DNA from: Antechinus flavipes
Lineage: Eukaryota
Assembly (NCBI RefSeq): GCF_016432865.1
Contig: NC_067402.1
Location: forward strand, 9,796,001-9,860,000
Length of the DNA stretch: 64,000 nt
Reading direction: 5' to 3'
Shown here: positions 51,091 through 64,000 of the stretch, piece after piece
Numbering within the stretch: position 1 is the stretch's first letter
How the letters are laid out: the number at the start of each line of letters is the position of its first letter
The notes under the pieces: model-generated
Database searches by the model: none
What the model was told of the DNA's origin: nothing
Seen by the model: only the letters and a program-made list of their open reading frames with translations
Program-made: the position numbers and the translations under genes

Positions 51091-54000
51091 ATGCTTATGG
51101 TAAGTAGAGTTTATCTAATTCAATTCTCTCTTTTTATAAATGAAAAAAAGAAAGACCACTAAAAATGATTGAATTTTCTTCTTGACTTGTCTTTCCTGGG
51201 GTACACAGTCAGTTGTAGGTAAGAGGTTTGAACCCCAGACCTTGGCCTCCAACTCTGGCATTCTTTCCACTTAATTTGTTTCTTTGTTTGGAAAATTGTG
51301 GGCAGAACTGCGCTTATGGGAATCTCAGTGTAAACAGAGCCCCAGAGAGAGAGACAGTGAATGAAACAGCTTCAGAAAATGAGGTATTCCAATGGAAAAC
51401 ATTGCCTAATCCATCAGTCCCTCAAAAATGATTAGAGAAGATGGAGACCTCCAGGCTCAGGCAGGTACTCAGACTGATCCAGGAGAAGTTGGCCATTTTC
51501 CCTGACTTTGGAGCTGCCATAAAATGAGCCCTTTCATGTCCTCCATAAGGCCAAACCAATGCAATCCATCTGTTCTGCTGAATTATTTTGAGTTCCCAAC
51601 CAAAGGCATTGCCTTTTCATGCATTTTATCATGATGTTATGCCCTTTATTATGTTTTACAAAAGGTTGTGATTCCTCCAGGGCCAATGAGAACTGATTAG
51701 GGTGCTGGCCCCCTTCCAGGCTTTGAACACAGGAGGGGAAGGAATGGGCCTGTTTCATTTTTTCCTCCTTTTTGGCAGAGAAGTTAGGAGCTTTGCCGGG
51801 TGTGCTGTGTGTGGGTGGCGGGTGGATTCGGGGGGCAGGGGATGTTGCATTTTACCTTGTCACAAGAGGACTTGGAAGAGCATCGTCAAAGTAACTCCAT
51901 TACCCTCCCTGTCATTGGTGGTTTGCACTTCACAAAGAACAACTCTTGAAGGACCAGCCTTAGTTATTACAGAACACCAGGTCAACTTCAAAGTCAAGTC
52001 CAGTTGGGGTAGGAGCCTCTTTGTGTTACTTGAGCAGGTCATGTAATCTCTCAGTAGACCAGGTGACTTTCCAAGGATCTAAATTTACAGGCGAATCATT
52101 ACTTTGTGTTGGTAGAAGTGACCGTGTTCAGATCTGGACTTCCTCACTGGTGAAATCAAACATCGAGCTCCTCCAACGATAATTTCTTTAGGGACGGAGT
52201 ATCATTTCGTGTGGGATCCCACCAATGTAATCGACATGATCGTTGTGAATTATCACATCATCTTCCCAGAATCCCCAACCAAAAGATATGCCATTTTCTT
52301 TTAAATTCAATTCAATTCAACTACCACAGTAATAATCATTTATACTGTTCCACAGATAGCACCAAGAAATGGAGAAGCACTATTCTTACCCTCAAGACGC
52401 TTAAGGGTAAGATACAGGGAGAGGAGATAATGTGTAAATTGAGAGGTAAATACAAGACAATTTGAGAAGGAAGGGCACGTTTCCTAAGGAGCACCCAGGG
52501 AGGTCTTCCTTCAGGCAGCTGTGCCGGAGCTAGTCTTTGAGGCTATCTAGATCACGTTCTGCGGCGTGGGGAAGGAAGGGGACAGTGTGGGCAAAGACAG
52601 GGAGGGGAGGGAATGAATGCCAAGGAATAGCCAGAAGGTCTGTTTGCTTGGAATGTACAGTGTGTGAAAGAGAGTCAACTGAAGTAAGTCAGGAAATGTT
52701 TCTGGAGGCAGCTTGTGAATGGTTTACAATTACAGCCTGGGTACTTTAGTCTGTATTACATTCTGGAAGCAACTGGGAATCACCGAACGCCCTTGAACAG
52801 GCAATGATGTGGCCCGCTCTGTGTTCAGAAAGATAATGCTACTGTCCATAAACGTCATATAGGAGAATGGGGAAGCTTGGCTGTGGAGAAGAATGCAATG
52901 GGCAAAGTGAGGAGGGATTAGTGTGGAGGAAAGGAAACGACCAGATAGTTGCTTGGTTACTGGGACAAAGGACACAGGGGATCAGTAAAGTGAACCCGAG
53001 ATAGAAACCTCTTCACATCCTCTCTCATGTTTACTACATGGATTCTAGCTTCTGGTCATGGTCAAGAAGGACCTTGAAGAGAATCTTCCCATAGCTCTGA
53101 GGGATGGCTCAGAATATGGACACGACACTTCTCCCTTTGATGTCAGAACAGATTTTTGACCCAAAGTCGTGTCCCCAGATGATGATTGTTGCCCGTGTGG
53201 ACACTAAAACTGGGGTTTAAAGACTTGGTCTTATAACAAAAGGGTTGAAAGATGGGAAGTCTTTGAGGAAATAGGAGATATACCAGGGAATTGAAACACC
53301 AACTACAGAGGCATGAGGCAGTTCATGGAAAGAACACTAGACTTAGATACTTCCACTTACTACCCCTGTCAATTTGGGTAGCACTGCAGGAAAATTCTCT
53401 GAGATACTTTTATCTCTTGTAGGTCTGGATCATTTGTAAATATACGGCTGTCCCCCCAAAACATGATGATTCATGTGGAAAGGGGTGACCTAGAACGGGG
53501 GCTTTGTTAAAGCACATGTTACATCACTTACATTCATGAAAGTTCTTGAGTGCCCAATGTGGGAGTGGCCTTTGCCTTACTAGGTGTTGGTCATTCAAGA
53601 CTAAACACAATAGTCATCTTTAGAGAGTGTATGTTCTGGGGAGCACGAGCACACGATGGCAAAACATACATAACAACAGTGATTTCACTTGAATGGAGGG
53701 CAGAAAATGCCATCTGACCCCAGCCCTGAAGGAAACGAATGATTCCAATGGGATGAAGATGGGACATTTTACATAGGTAGATAGCAAGAGGATAGATTTC
53801 TTACATGTTATCCTGTGACAACACCCCTGATCTTCAAATATGATCTGCCACATGATTTACTATATATATTAGTTAAGAAAAAAAAGGAAAAACATGTCAG
53901 GAAGATGGTTTATGCTAGACAATATAAGTGAATTTCAAAGTGTTGTTGGAAAACATTGAGGCCGTGAATTCTAAACAGCTCTCCCCAAATGTGGAACCGT

Positions 54001-55689
54001 TTCAAGGTTACGGGCTAAATTGGAGGCAGATGGTTCAAGATGTGAAGCAGAACCGCTTCTGGTAGGCATCTGATCATTAGACTTGAAGCTGAGAGGGACT
54101 TCAGAGCTTATCTAAGCAGCCAGCCATTCATTTTCTAGCGGGGTAAATTGAGGCACAAGAGAACAATGCCTGGGTCTTGTCTGATTTTCCACAGATAGCA
54201 AGTAGATGAGCCCTAAGTAAAGCCACATTCATTGACTTTATTCAAATTTCAACCAGTAAAAATCATTTATTAAGCACCCAGTGTATGCAAAGCACAATTC
54301 TATCTTGAGGATAGGAAGATAAAAGTAATTCCATTTAATAAGCTGACTTTCTAGTACTAGAAGTTCAAATCTAAGACTTCCTCCTCGCCATCTATGAGCT
54401 CAGGCCATTGATGGTTTTAGTCCTGCCCCAATTCTACTTCTCCCACCTTTGCCCATATCCTCAAACTTAGAACATTATGGCTAAAACCAGAAACACTCCT
54501 TGATGAGAAATTAGAGCTTTATCTCCCCAAATCAAGCACCATCTACTACACTTATTCCATCTCTGTGTATTGAAAAGTATGGTCCAAGCCAAATAGAAAC
54601 ACTTCCATGCCGTCTTTCCCACGTTCCCTTCTAGGATGACTCTCTCCTCCTTTGATGTCTGCTCCTTTTCTAACTTGTACTATCTTACTTATAATTGTGA
54701 TTCAGCATCCCTCTCCCTCTATGGTAGGAACTCTTTGAGGGCGTGGCCGGCTACATTTATAGATGTAACTAGAAAAGTGATGATTTATGTTAGTCTATAA
54801 GAACATCTCTCATGGCTATTTATGGTTTGTGAGATGGTTGAGTGTTCCCAGAAGGAAATACTCACAGGATGAATGCTTACAGATAAATGAGGTCAGAGAA
54901 TCTGTTTCTCTCCATGGGGAAGCCGACTCTGAGCGGTAAATGAAGTTATTGATGAAAGTCACAGGGACGTGGCCGCCATCTTCCTCATACTTGATGTGTT
55001 TTACATTAAGTTGAAGTGACCCAGAGAGAGAAGTGGAACAAGAAACCAAAGCCCGGGCTCGTAGTCCGACTCTGTTACTAACTCGCTGTATGACTTTGGG
55101 AACGTCACTGCATATATTAATGCTCACCTTCAAAACAGAAATACGGCACTTCTAAAATCCCTTCTACTTCCAAACTTCTATGACTGAATATGAAGAACAA
55201 CGCAACTTACTAATATCTCTTTCCCCCCAAAAAATTATTCTGACTAGAACTCTGTAAATCTAAATAAAAACTAGATGTACCCTCTTTAAATACAATACAC
55301 CAGGAGGGCCATAAGAAGACTGAGATGACTCGAGCTTTGTCCCAGAATATCTAGATTTGTTTCTTTACTATTGTACAACAGAAATAGCAAAGAAACGGCT
55401 CACAACAGTTCCTTTCAATTCAATGAACTTTGGTTAAGTGCTTACTCTGTGCTAGGAAAGCACTGTGCTAAGTGCTAGCAACAGGAGGTTGGCCTGAACT
55501 AGGTTAAAACCAAATTAAAAGTAAGACATATTTAACAAAATCAATAAAAATATAATAGAACGTTGATAATGTTAACGTGGTTTCCCAAGACAAAATGTGC
55601 CTACAGAGACCTTGTGGTTAGTGGTCCCCATTTCTATTTGTTTGACAGCAATTGGGTCCATCACCTTCCTTCAGCACCGAGCTCTAAGA

Positions 55690-55905
55690 GCTCCAAACGA
55701 TACACAGGGAAGACTGGAGTCAAGAAGACCTGAATTCAAATATGACCTTAGACATTTGCTAGCTGTGTAACTGTGGACAAATAATTTAACTTCTGTCTGC
55801 CTCAGTTTCTTCACCTGTAAAATGAGGATAATCTTGCCCCTTGCCTTGCAGAATTGTCATGAAGATTAAATGAGGTAAAGCACTTAGTATAGTGTCTGGC
55901 ACATA
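55690..55905 (+). mobile_element. MIR-type SINE
   Basis: gactggagtcaagaagacctgaattcaaat...gcctcagtttcttcacctgtaaaatgagg...gaagattaaatgag...tctggcacataatagg. Confidence 0.8.
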
Positions 55906-56804
55906 ATAGGTACCCTCCCTTCCTCTCTCTCTTCCTCATCCCTTTTCTTCTAGGGGTAGGAGTCCAAGTGTTAGCCAACTTTCTGAAGGGCAAAACCAAG
56001 AGGAGGAGAAGGGGGGGGATGAGACTTGATGCTCCTCCAGGGGAGGCACTGCATGAATGTGTTTAAGGTTTTGCCATTCTCCTTTGACACATCAGTAAAC
56101 TGAGGTTCAGAGACATTCATGAATTGCCCAGAGTCCAGTCCCAGTGTTCTATCCAGGGCTCCAGTCCAGACCCAAGAGGCCGTCCACAAGAGAGATTGCT
56201 CAATGTTGTCTCTGGGAGGTCCACATTCCACAGCATCCTAGAAATGAGAGCTGGGAATCTCCGTTAGGTCAGGCCGGCCCCTTGTTCTGCCAACTGGGGC
56301 TGGGGCTGGGGCCAGCGGGTGGATTCTTATTCCTTGTGGGGTTTGTAGGACTGCGTGCGATCCACTTTGTCAGTGACTCAAGGGAAGGGCCTTCGCTATT
56401 CTCCCCATGAGACTTTTCCACTGGCCAAAATCTCACTGTTAAAAAATGTCCCCCTGGATATTGGGGGGAACGTCCTTTTATTCATTTCCTGCCATGACTT
56501 GCCATTAAGTTAATATTTGGACGGGATTCTCCAGAGGGCTTTTCAGACCAAATGGTTCTGAAGCAGGGACACATTGGCTCGATTTCTGGAAAAGAAAGCG
56601 GTTCATAGACTTTCAGGGTCCTCGGCATGGAGTTAGGAGGAATACTCGCCCACTTCCTCATTATATCCATGCAGAAACGAAGGGACTGGCCCAGAATCTT
56701 ATGGTTAGGAGATGCCTGAGGCAGAATTTGAACCCGTGTCTTCCTGATTAAAGTTCCTATCCCCACTCCTCTATGTTAGGCTGTTTCTTAGTCACACCTT
56801 TCGG

Positions 56805-57151
56805 TGTGTGTATGTTTGTGTATATGTGTGTGTGAGTGTATATGTGTGTGTATGCATGTGTTTATCTGTGTGCATGTATTTATGTAGGANNNNNNNNNNN
56901 NNNNNNNNNNNNNNNNNNNNNNNNNNNNNNNNNNNNNNNNNNNNNNNNNNNNNNNNNNNNNNNNNNNNNNNNNNNNNNNNNNNNNNNNNNNNNNNNNNNN
57001 NNNNNNNNNNNNNNNNNNNNNNNNNNNNNNNNNNNNNNNNNNNNNNNNNNNNNNNNNNNNNNNNNNNNNNNNNNNNNNNNNNNNNNNNNNNNNNNNNNNN
57101 NNNNNNNNNNNNNNNNNNNNNNNNNNNNNNNNNNNNNNNNNNNNNNNNNNN
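56805..57151. repeat. (TG)-rich tract running into assembly gap 56890-57151
   Basis: Direct inspection. Confidence 0.85.
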
Positions 57152-58114
57152 AGATGTTTAAGGACCTGTGAACACATCCTTCCTCTGGAGTTTCTTCCAG
57201 GTGTGACTGTGCACAAGCCACTAAACCTCTCTCAGGAAACTTCAGTTTGCTCCAATATGAAGTGAAGATTTTAGGCTGCATGATCTCTGGGCCCGCTTCC
57301 AGCCCTTTTCCAGCTCTAGATGGTTGGTCCCATGACCTTTTAATAGGAATTTTAGGGAAGTGAAGTCTAGGAAAAAGTATAAAAACAGTTTTCTGAAGTA
57401 CCTACTATGTGCTAGGGATGGGGGATGCAGGGACCAAAGGAAAAACAAGCAGTCCTTGGTCTTAGGGAGTGTCTGCCTTGGGAAGGGAGAAAGATGTGAG
57501 ATTTCCACAGAAACATACATGGGAGCTAATTTGAGGAAGTGGGAAACCCTAAGGACAAAGGGGATCAGGGAAAGACTCATTGGTGTGACATATGAGCTGA
57601 GCTTGAAGGAACCAAGGGATTTAAAAGATGCAAGTAAGGAGGGAGGGCACCATTGGCACGGGGCCAGCTTGTACAAAAGCAAGGCGGTCCGAGATGAAGG
57701 GCCAGGTTTGCTTAAGCAACAACATGAGACTCTTGGCTAAAATGTAGAATGTATCAAGGCAGTTGCATGAAATTAGCTCTCAGGACTCGACATTTAGGCC
57801 GAGAAGTGACCCGAAGAGTGAGGCAGCCCGGGCTCTTCCATGAGAAGGAAGGTGTGGAGAGCTGGGCTGGCTTGCCCATGGTCACGGAGGTGGCAGCTAA
57901 TGGTCTGGAAGGTAGTTCTGGAGCGAGATGGGGAAGGGCTCTAAGTGCCAACTGGGACCTCGCAGAAGCATGTTCAGAGTAAGAATTCAACTAACGTCTA
58001 ACATTGCAAGGAAGGAAAGAAGAATTTAAGTGGCTACTATATTCCGGGAACTGTACTAAGTAAGAGCTTAACAAAGATGTTATTTTTCATTTGATCCTCA
58101 CAACAACCATGTGA

Positions 58115-60145
58115 CTTATTATTTTTGTGTATCTTACTTTATTTCTTCTCAATTACATACAAAAAGTTTAGCTTTTTTGAGTTTCAGATTTACTCCCTGC
58201 AATTTGATATAAATTATACATGTGAAATCATACATCCATATCAACCAAGTTAGAAAAAAAAAGAAGAGGAAAAAAAAAGAAAAATAAAGAAAATAAAACA
58301 AAAAATATTCTTCTATCTACATTCAAACTCCAGTCTTTGGTGGATACTATTTTTTATCATAAATCTTCAGAACTGTTTTCAATCTTTGTATTATTCAGAA
58401 CAGCTAAATCCTTTACAGCCGATCGTCATACAACGTTGTTGCTGTTATAGACAGTGTTCTCCTGGTTCTGTTCATTTCCTCTAAATCAGTTTGTCTAAGT
58501 CTTCCTAGATTTTTCTGAAATATCCTGTTCATCGTCTATTTTTTTTTTGCATAATAGTAATCCATCACAATTATACACTAAAACTTCTTTAGACATTCCC
58601 CAATTGATAAGTATTCCATGAATTTCTTTTCTTTCTTTCTTTTTTTTTTTTTTTTTTTGGCCAACAAAAGAGCTATACATATTTTTGTACATATATATCA
58701 TTTTTCTTTTTATTGACTCTCTTTTGGGCACAGACCTAATAGTAGTATTGTTGGGTCAAATGTTAGGCACAGTTTCATAAATAACCCTTTGGCATAATTC
58801 CAAATTGCTTTTCAGAATAGTTAATCAGTTAACAATTCCATAAACAATGCAATTTTTCTCTTTCCCTTTCCCCATTTATCATTTTTTTTTCCTGCTCTAT
58901 TAGCAAATCTGATAGATTTGTGGCAGTACCTCAAAGTTATTTTAATTTGCATTTTTTTAATCAATAGTGATTTGGATCATTTTTTCTAATCACTAGAGAT
59001 AGTTTTGATTTTTTTTCTTTCTAAAAATTGCTATTTATATCATTTGGTAAATATCGATTAGGGAATGACTTGTATTATTATAAATTCGACTCAGTTCTGT
59101 ATATATTAGAGAAACAAGGCCTTTGTAAGAGATCCTTGACACTCTTCCCCCAAAATCCCACTTTCCTTATAATCTTGGCTGCATTGTTTTCATTTGTGCA
59201 AAAAAAAAAAGTAATCAAAATTATCTATTTCCTATTCTGTAATGCTCTCTATATTTTGTTTCATCATAAATTCCCCCCTTATTAATAGTTGTGATAGGGA
59301 ATTTTTTCATGCTCACCTAATTTGCTTATGATATCACTTTTTATGTCATTATCATGTTCCCATTTCAACATTATCTTAATATATAATATGAAATGTTGGT
59401 GTATATAATTTCTCAGCAGTTTTTGTTATATAGTGAGTTCTTTTCCCAAAAGCTGGGATCTTTGGGTTTATCAAACACTAGAAGACTGGTCATTTACTGC
59501 TGTATATCTATTCCATTGATCCATCATGCTATGTTTTAAATAATATCACATTGTTTTGATAATTATGATTTTATAATATAGCTTAAGATCTGGTACTATT
59601 CAGCTATCTTCCTTCACTTTTTTCTTTTTGACATTTTTCACATTTTGTTTTTCCAGATACATTTTATTTTTTTCTAGCCTTGTAAAACATTTTTTTTGAG
59701 GAATTTGATTGATAAAGCACTGAATAAACTAATTCAAGTAGAATTACTTCTTTTATTATATTGGCTCTGCTTACTCATCATCAATTAATATTTCACCAGT
59801 GATTTTTTGCATGAAAAATATTTTCTTCCTGGTAGAATTTGTTGGTAATTATATGAATGATGATGACTTATGTAGATTTATTTTATATCTTTCAAGCTGT
59901 TAATTATTTTAACTAGTTTTTTACTCTCTAGAATACTTTAAGCATACCACCATATTGTGTACAAAGAGTAATAGTTTTGTTTTCTCATCTCTTATTCTAA
60001 TTCCTTCAATTTATTTTTCCTGCCTTATTCCTATACCTAGCAATTATAGCACAATATTGAATAAAGGCAATAATAATGGGCATCCTCGTTTCCTCCCTAA
60101 TTTTACTGAAAGACTTCCAGCTTATTCCCATTATAGATAATGCTA
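58115..60145 (-). mobile_element. Old degenerate LINE-1 (3'UTR into ORF2)
   Basis: Collinear diverged matches to L1 motifs (gtgttctcctggttctgttcattt, ttggcataattccaaattgct, taatttgcattttt...tcaatagtgattt), followed by AT-rich ORF2-like sequence with no open frame. Confidence 0.75.
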
Positions 60146-61822
60146 TTGTCATCCCCATTTTACATATGAGTATACGGATGCGTAGATAAGTTAAGGGACT
60201 TGCCCAGGGTATCATGTTTCTAAGACCACAATTAAATTCTGACTCCAGGTCCAGCACTCTATAACTTGTACCAAATTAAAAATTAAAAAAATCTTAATAT
60301 GGTATTAAAGGCTCAAATTTTCTTAAAGGAAGATTGTTACTTTCTGAACTCAGCTGGATATTTATAGCCTGTATTAAACTGAAGATCTGGCAAGGCTCTG
60401 GTAAGCAGAGGAGCATGGATGGCTCTATTGGACAGGACACGTCCTATGTTTAACCTCTGTGAAGTGGGATGGCAGGCCAACCTGGCCACATCTTGGCCAG
60501 ATCCTGCCTGGGTTATGCTGGCTTCTCAGCCTTCCCTGGCTCGAGAATCACAACTATTGGATGAAATATTTACCAAAATATATTTTTAATTTTCTAGAAG
60601 TACAAACGATCACATTAGGATGAGTCACAATGACACTAAAAAAATTTTTCATTCTTCCCAAAAAGCAATTTTCATTTTTATTTGAATAGTCACAGACTGA
60701 AATCTCTTTCCCTGGGTTCCAAAGGAGCCTCACTTTCTTACCCTTTTCCTACTGCCCAGACTGTGCCCCATCCCATCAGTTTTTATTCACTCCCAGGATT
60801 ATGACAGCATCGTCTCTCACATTCTCCTCCCCTGACCAAGGATCACCCCATCTCTTGAATTTCTCTCCCCTGGGGTAAGAAGAATTTATTTCAATTCAAA
60901 GGGGCTCACAGCTGGACCTCTCTTCCCCCTAGTTCTGCCAGGGAGCAGAGTGTCACTCAGTCTCTAAATCAGCCCCGTCTGCTACTCAGGCAAAAGGGAA
61001 CCATTTGCTTGCTCATCATGTCTCCAACTTTCACTGCCAGCTTCTTCTAAAACAGGAGGATCATGGGAATTATAATTGAGAACTTCAGAGACTATTTAGT
61101 CCAAAGATTCTTAACATCCTCTGAGTCATGACCTGAACCTCTTGGGCAGGTTGGTGGAGCCTTTGGACCTTTTTTTTTTGTAATACTGTTTTTTGTTTTG
61201 TTTTGTATTTTTTTCATCAGAATGGAAGAAAATGGTTAGAGATTAGCAAAAAATCTCAGTAAAAATACAATTAAAAATAAAGACGTCTTTTTCTTTTTCC
61301 AAGATCTTGTCCTGCCCCTGCCAGAAAAATAACCCCTGAGCTAGTGGAGTCCAGATACTGATCAAACGTGGAACTTGTAGTTAAGAAAACCTGTGTTTGA
61401 ATCCTACTTCAGACACTATCTAATTTTTTTTTCATAAAATAAGAAACTGATCACTTCTGTGTAGTATTTTTTTCCCCTACTAGAAAACTTCCTTTATTAG
61501 CTTCCCTCTTAAGTATAAACAACATTTAAATCCAAGACCTACACATTCATTTTTAAATCAAAGGAGATACATTTGTAATTCATGTTCTGAATCTCAAAAA
61601 GTGCTCAAGTAGCTAATACTACTATGATTATTATTTAGGAGTAGTAACAATATAAGCATTTTTAAGAATAATAATTTTTCCATATGTTATTGAAGTAGGT
61701 TAATAAGTATTCAATTTCCCACTGATCCACCTCCAACCTATAATTAACTTTATTCTTTGGGATCTTATATTCTTGTCCATGCCGTCACTGGAGTACTACG
61801 AGCTTCTCTTGTTTTCTTCCAG

Positions 61823-61943
61823 AGGATCCAAGGTCGAAAAGCTTCTCTAGAAGAATTGCACCTGGTCCATTCTGATCATCATTCTCTTCTATATGGCACT
61901 GACCCTTTGAGCAGACAGAAGCTGGACCCCAGGATGCTCCAAG
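61823..61943 (+). CDS. HDAC9: Class IIa HDAC exon, 121 nt, phase 0 to 1; [40 protein letters not shown](G)
   Basis: Acceptor gttttcttccAG at 61821-22, donor AAG|GTATGT at 61944. [19 protein letters not shown] and QKLDPR are HDAC9-diagnostic (recalled HDAC4/5 have RGRKATL and KLDSKK; HDAC7 has [10 protein letters not shown] and KLDNGK). Confidence 0.93.
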
Positions 61944-62411
61944 GTATGTACTACTGAAAACAACTCCTTCTATTCTTGTCATTTGTCATTGTGGTTGTCA
62001 GTGTCAAATACTTGGCAAAGAGTGGAATCTAAAATCAGTTTTTCCAGCAGCGTTGCTGAGTAGGAGAGAGAACACTACAATGGGAGCCAATGGAGATGAA
62101 TCAAATGTAGGCATTGAAATCTGACAATAGACATTCCCTCATATTCACTTTTTAAAAAGAGCTATTTGGTAACTTTTGCTTTGATAGGATTTGCACAGCC
62201 TGATTTAATTATGTACTTGTAGCTGAGGATAATGGTAATAGAGGAATCTTCTATTTTGCTCATATTTCTAAGCCTTCCAAGGAACTGCTGACAGTGTGGC
62301 TTCCAGAATTGTCCTTTTCCCTCGTTAGGCCTCATTTTATTTCTTCCAATTATTTCATTTATCTCAGTGGGAAAAAGCAAAGCAAAACAAGACAGAATTA
62401 AATGAGTGAAA

Positions 62412-62940
62412 NNNNNNNNNNNNNNNNNNNNNNNNNNNNNNNNNNNNNNNNNNNNNNNNNNNNNNNNNNNNNNNNNNNNNNNNNNNNNNNNNNNNNNNNN
62501 NNNNNNNNNNNNNNNNNNNNNNNNNNNNNNNNNNNNNNNNNNNNNNNNNNNNNNNNNNNNNNNNNNNNNNNNNNNNNNNNNNNNNNNNNNNNNNNNNNNN
62601 NNNNNNNNNNNNNNNNNNNNNNNNNNNNNNNNNNNNNNNNNNNNNNNNNNNNNNNNNNNNNNNNNNNNNNNNNNNNNNNNNNNNNNNNNNNNNNNNNNNN
62701 NNNNNNNNNNNNNNNNNNNNNNNNNNNNNNNNNNNNNNNNNNNNNNNNNNNNNNNNNNNNNNNNNNNNNNNNNNNNNNNNNNNNNNNNNNNNNNNNNNNN
62801 NNNNNNNNNNNNNNNNNNNNNNNNNNNGAGGAGGGAAAAGAAAGAAAGAGAAAGGATAAGTGAAAGGAACAAAGAGAAAGAGAAAAAAAAAGAAAAGAGA
62901 GAGGAAAAAAAGAAGAAAGAAGGAAAAAGAAAGAAAATAA
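62412..62940. other. Assembly gap 62412-62827 followed by a polypurine tract
   Basis: N run followed by (GAAA)-rich sequence. All six gaps in the window abut simple repeats. Confidence 0.95.
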
Positions 62941-63644
62941 TCCATGGCACATGAAGAGGGATTTAATTTTTTTTTCTTCTCATAAGCATAATGTAATATT
63001 CAGATAGGGGGAGCTCTCTATGAATGCAGATTAGACTAAATTTTGATCTGCATTGACAAAGGGAATTTTCAAACAGAGCGAATTTCAAACCACAGAAATT
63101 GCTGTTTTACCCCTTCCCCCCAAAAAAAACCCTTTCAAATAACAGCAAAACTACACATAATATTTTATATTCTTTGCTAAAACTGCTTTTCAAATTTTAT
63201 GTTACATGGTATATTTAATATAGTCACAAAATTAAAATATCTCAGGAAATGACTGAGGAAAATTTTGGGGAGAGACATTACTCTTACTTGATGGATGGCA
63301 TCATAAATATTTCCAATTGGATTTTGTTCTAAAATCTATACGGTGTGCACCTCACTGCATCTTGAACATGTGACCAAATCGTTGATTTCTTTATAAGGTG
63401 AAAATGTGATGGAAATATGAAAACCTCTAAGATTAGAAAGTCAGTCTTGATTCCTCTTTTGGAGGAGGAAGGATCTGGATCTGTGATTTCAACATTGCTC
63501 TGAGTTCCCAATATAGAAATTCTCCCCACAAATGCAAATGCACTATTTGTTGAAGACTTATATATAATAATAGATGCCTGAAGCTTTTGAGAAGTGAAGT
63601 GGGGTTTTTCAAGCAACATCAGTCTTTTTTTCTTTTTCTTTTTG

Positions 63645-63765
63645 GGGGGCAAGACAATTGGAATTAAATGACTTCCCTGGGGTCACAAAGCTAGTAATGT
63701 CTGAATTCACATTTGAACTCAAATGTGTTGGGATTTGGTTCACTGGACCATCTGGCTGCCTCAAC
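63645..63765 (-). mobile_element. WSINE1-like SINE
   Basis: PolyT, then ggcaagacaattggaattaaatgacttccctggggtcaca...tttgaactc...ccatctggctgcc. Confidence 0.6.
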
Positions 63766-64000
63766 ATCAGCTTGATGAAGGTGACAAAACTCCCATATTC
63801 TTTCCTCCATGCCCAATGATTTTTGTCAGTCTTTCAGAAAGCAATGTTTCTTTTTTTCTCTAAGTGAAAATTCTCTAGGTAGTGCACTCCTAGAACTTAC
63901 TATTTTTGTGACAATGGATCTATCATTTAATTTCCCTTAACCTTAGTTTCCTCATTTGAAAAATTGAGAAGGGATTGGCTCCGAAGTCCTTTCTGACTTT

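Noticed and set aside
37442-61943. Assignment to HDAC4, HDAC5 or HDAC7
   Set aside because: GVVYD and LLSKCE resemble recalled HDAC5, but [31 protein letters not shown] and KLDPR are HDAC9-specific and dominate.
63020-63060. Short hairpin aatgcagat...atctgcatt as a possible miRNA or ncRNA
   Set aside because: The stem is only about 10 bp, too short for a pre-miRNA and expected by chance.
61944-64000. Next short HDAC9 exon (LPCGGxG)
   Set aside because: Not found in readable sequence; it is probably beyond the window, or hidden in gap 62412-62827.
1-64000. CRISPR arrays, tRNA/rRNA genes, NUMTs, ERV ORFs or prokaryotic operons
   Set aside because: None seen. The tandem arrays lack unique spacers, and tRNA-like A/B boxes occur only as SINE heads.

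Overview
This is eukaryotic, intron-rich genomic DNA, most likely from a dasyurid marsupial. That assignment is inferred from recalled repeat families (marsupial L1 3' ends, Mar1/WSINE1-like and RTE-type SINEs), not from a database search. The only firmly supported protein-coding features are three consecutive + strand exons of a class IIa histone deacetylase, best matching HDAC9: 37442-37619 (178 nt), 45759-45892 (134 nt) and 61823-61943 (121 nt). They splice in frame (phases 0-1-0-1) and encode the last 14-3-3 site and the start of the deacetylase domain, including the class IIa C-x-C...H zinc ligands. The protein is unexpectedly divergent from human HDAC9 as recalled (about 55%, 82% and 80% per exon). 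No HDAC exon is recognisable in the first 37 kb. The rest is intron: L1, L2 and SINE fragments, many microsatellites, three larger-unit tandem repeats and six assembly gaps. The most interesting non-standard structures are a CpG-island-like region with a TATA box just before the first exon, a ~213-bp perfect-spaced inverted repeat at 11.3/12.7 kb, a chimeric local duplication at 4.8-7.2 kb, a young L1 with its target-site duplication, an inverted L1-in-L1 structure and several enhancer-like blocks. I found no clear evidence for a wholly new biological system.
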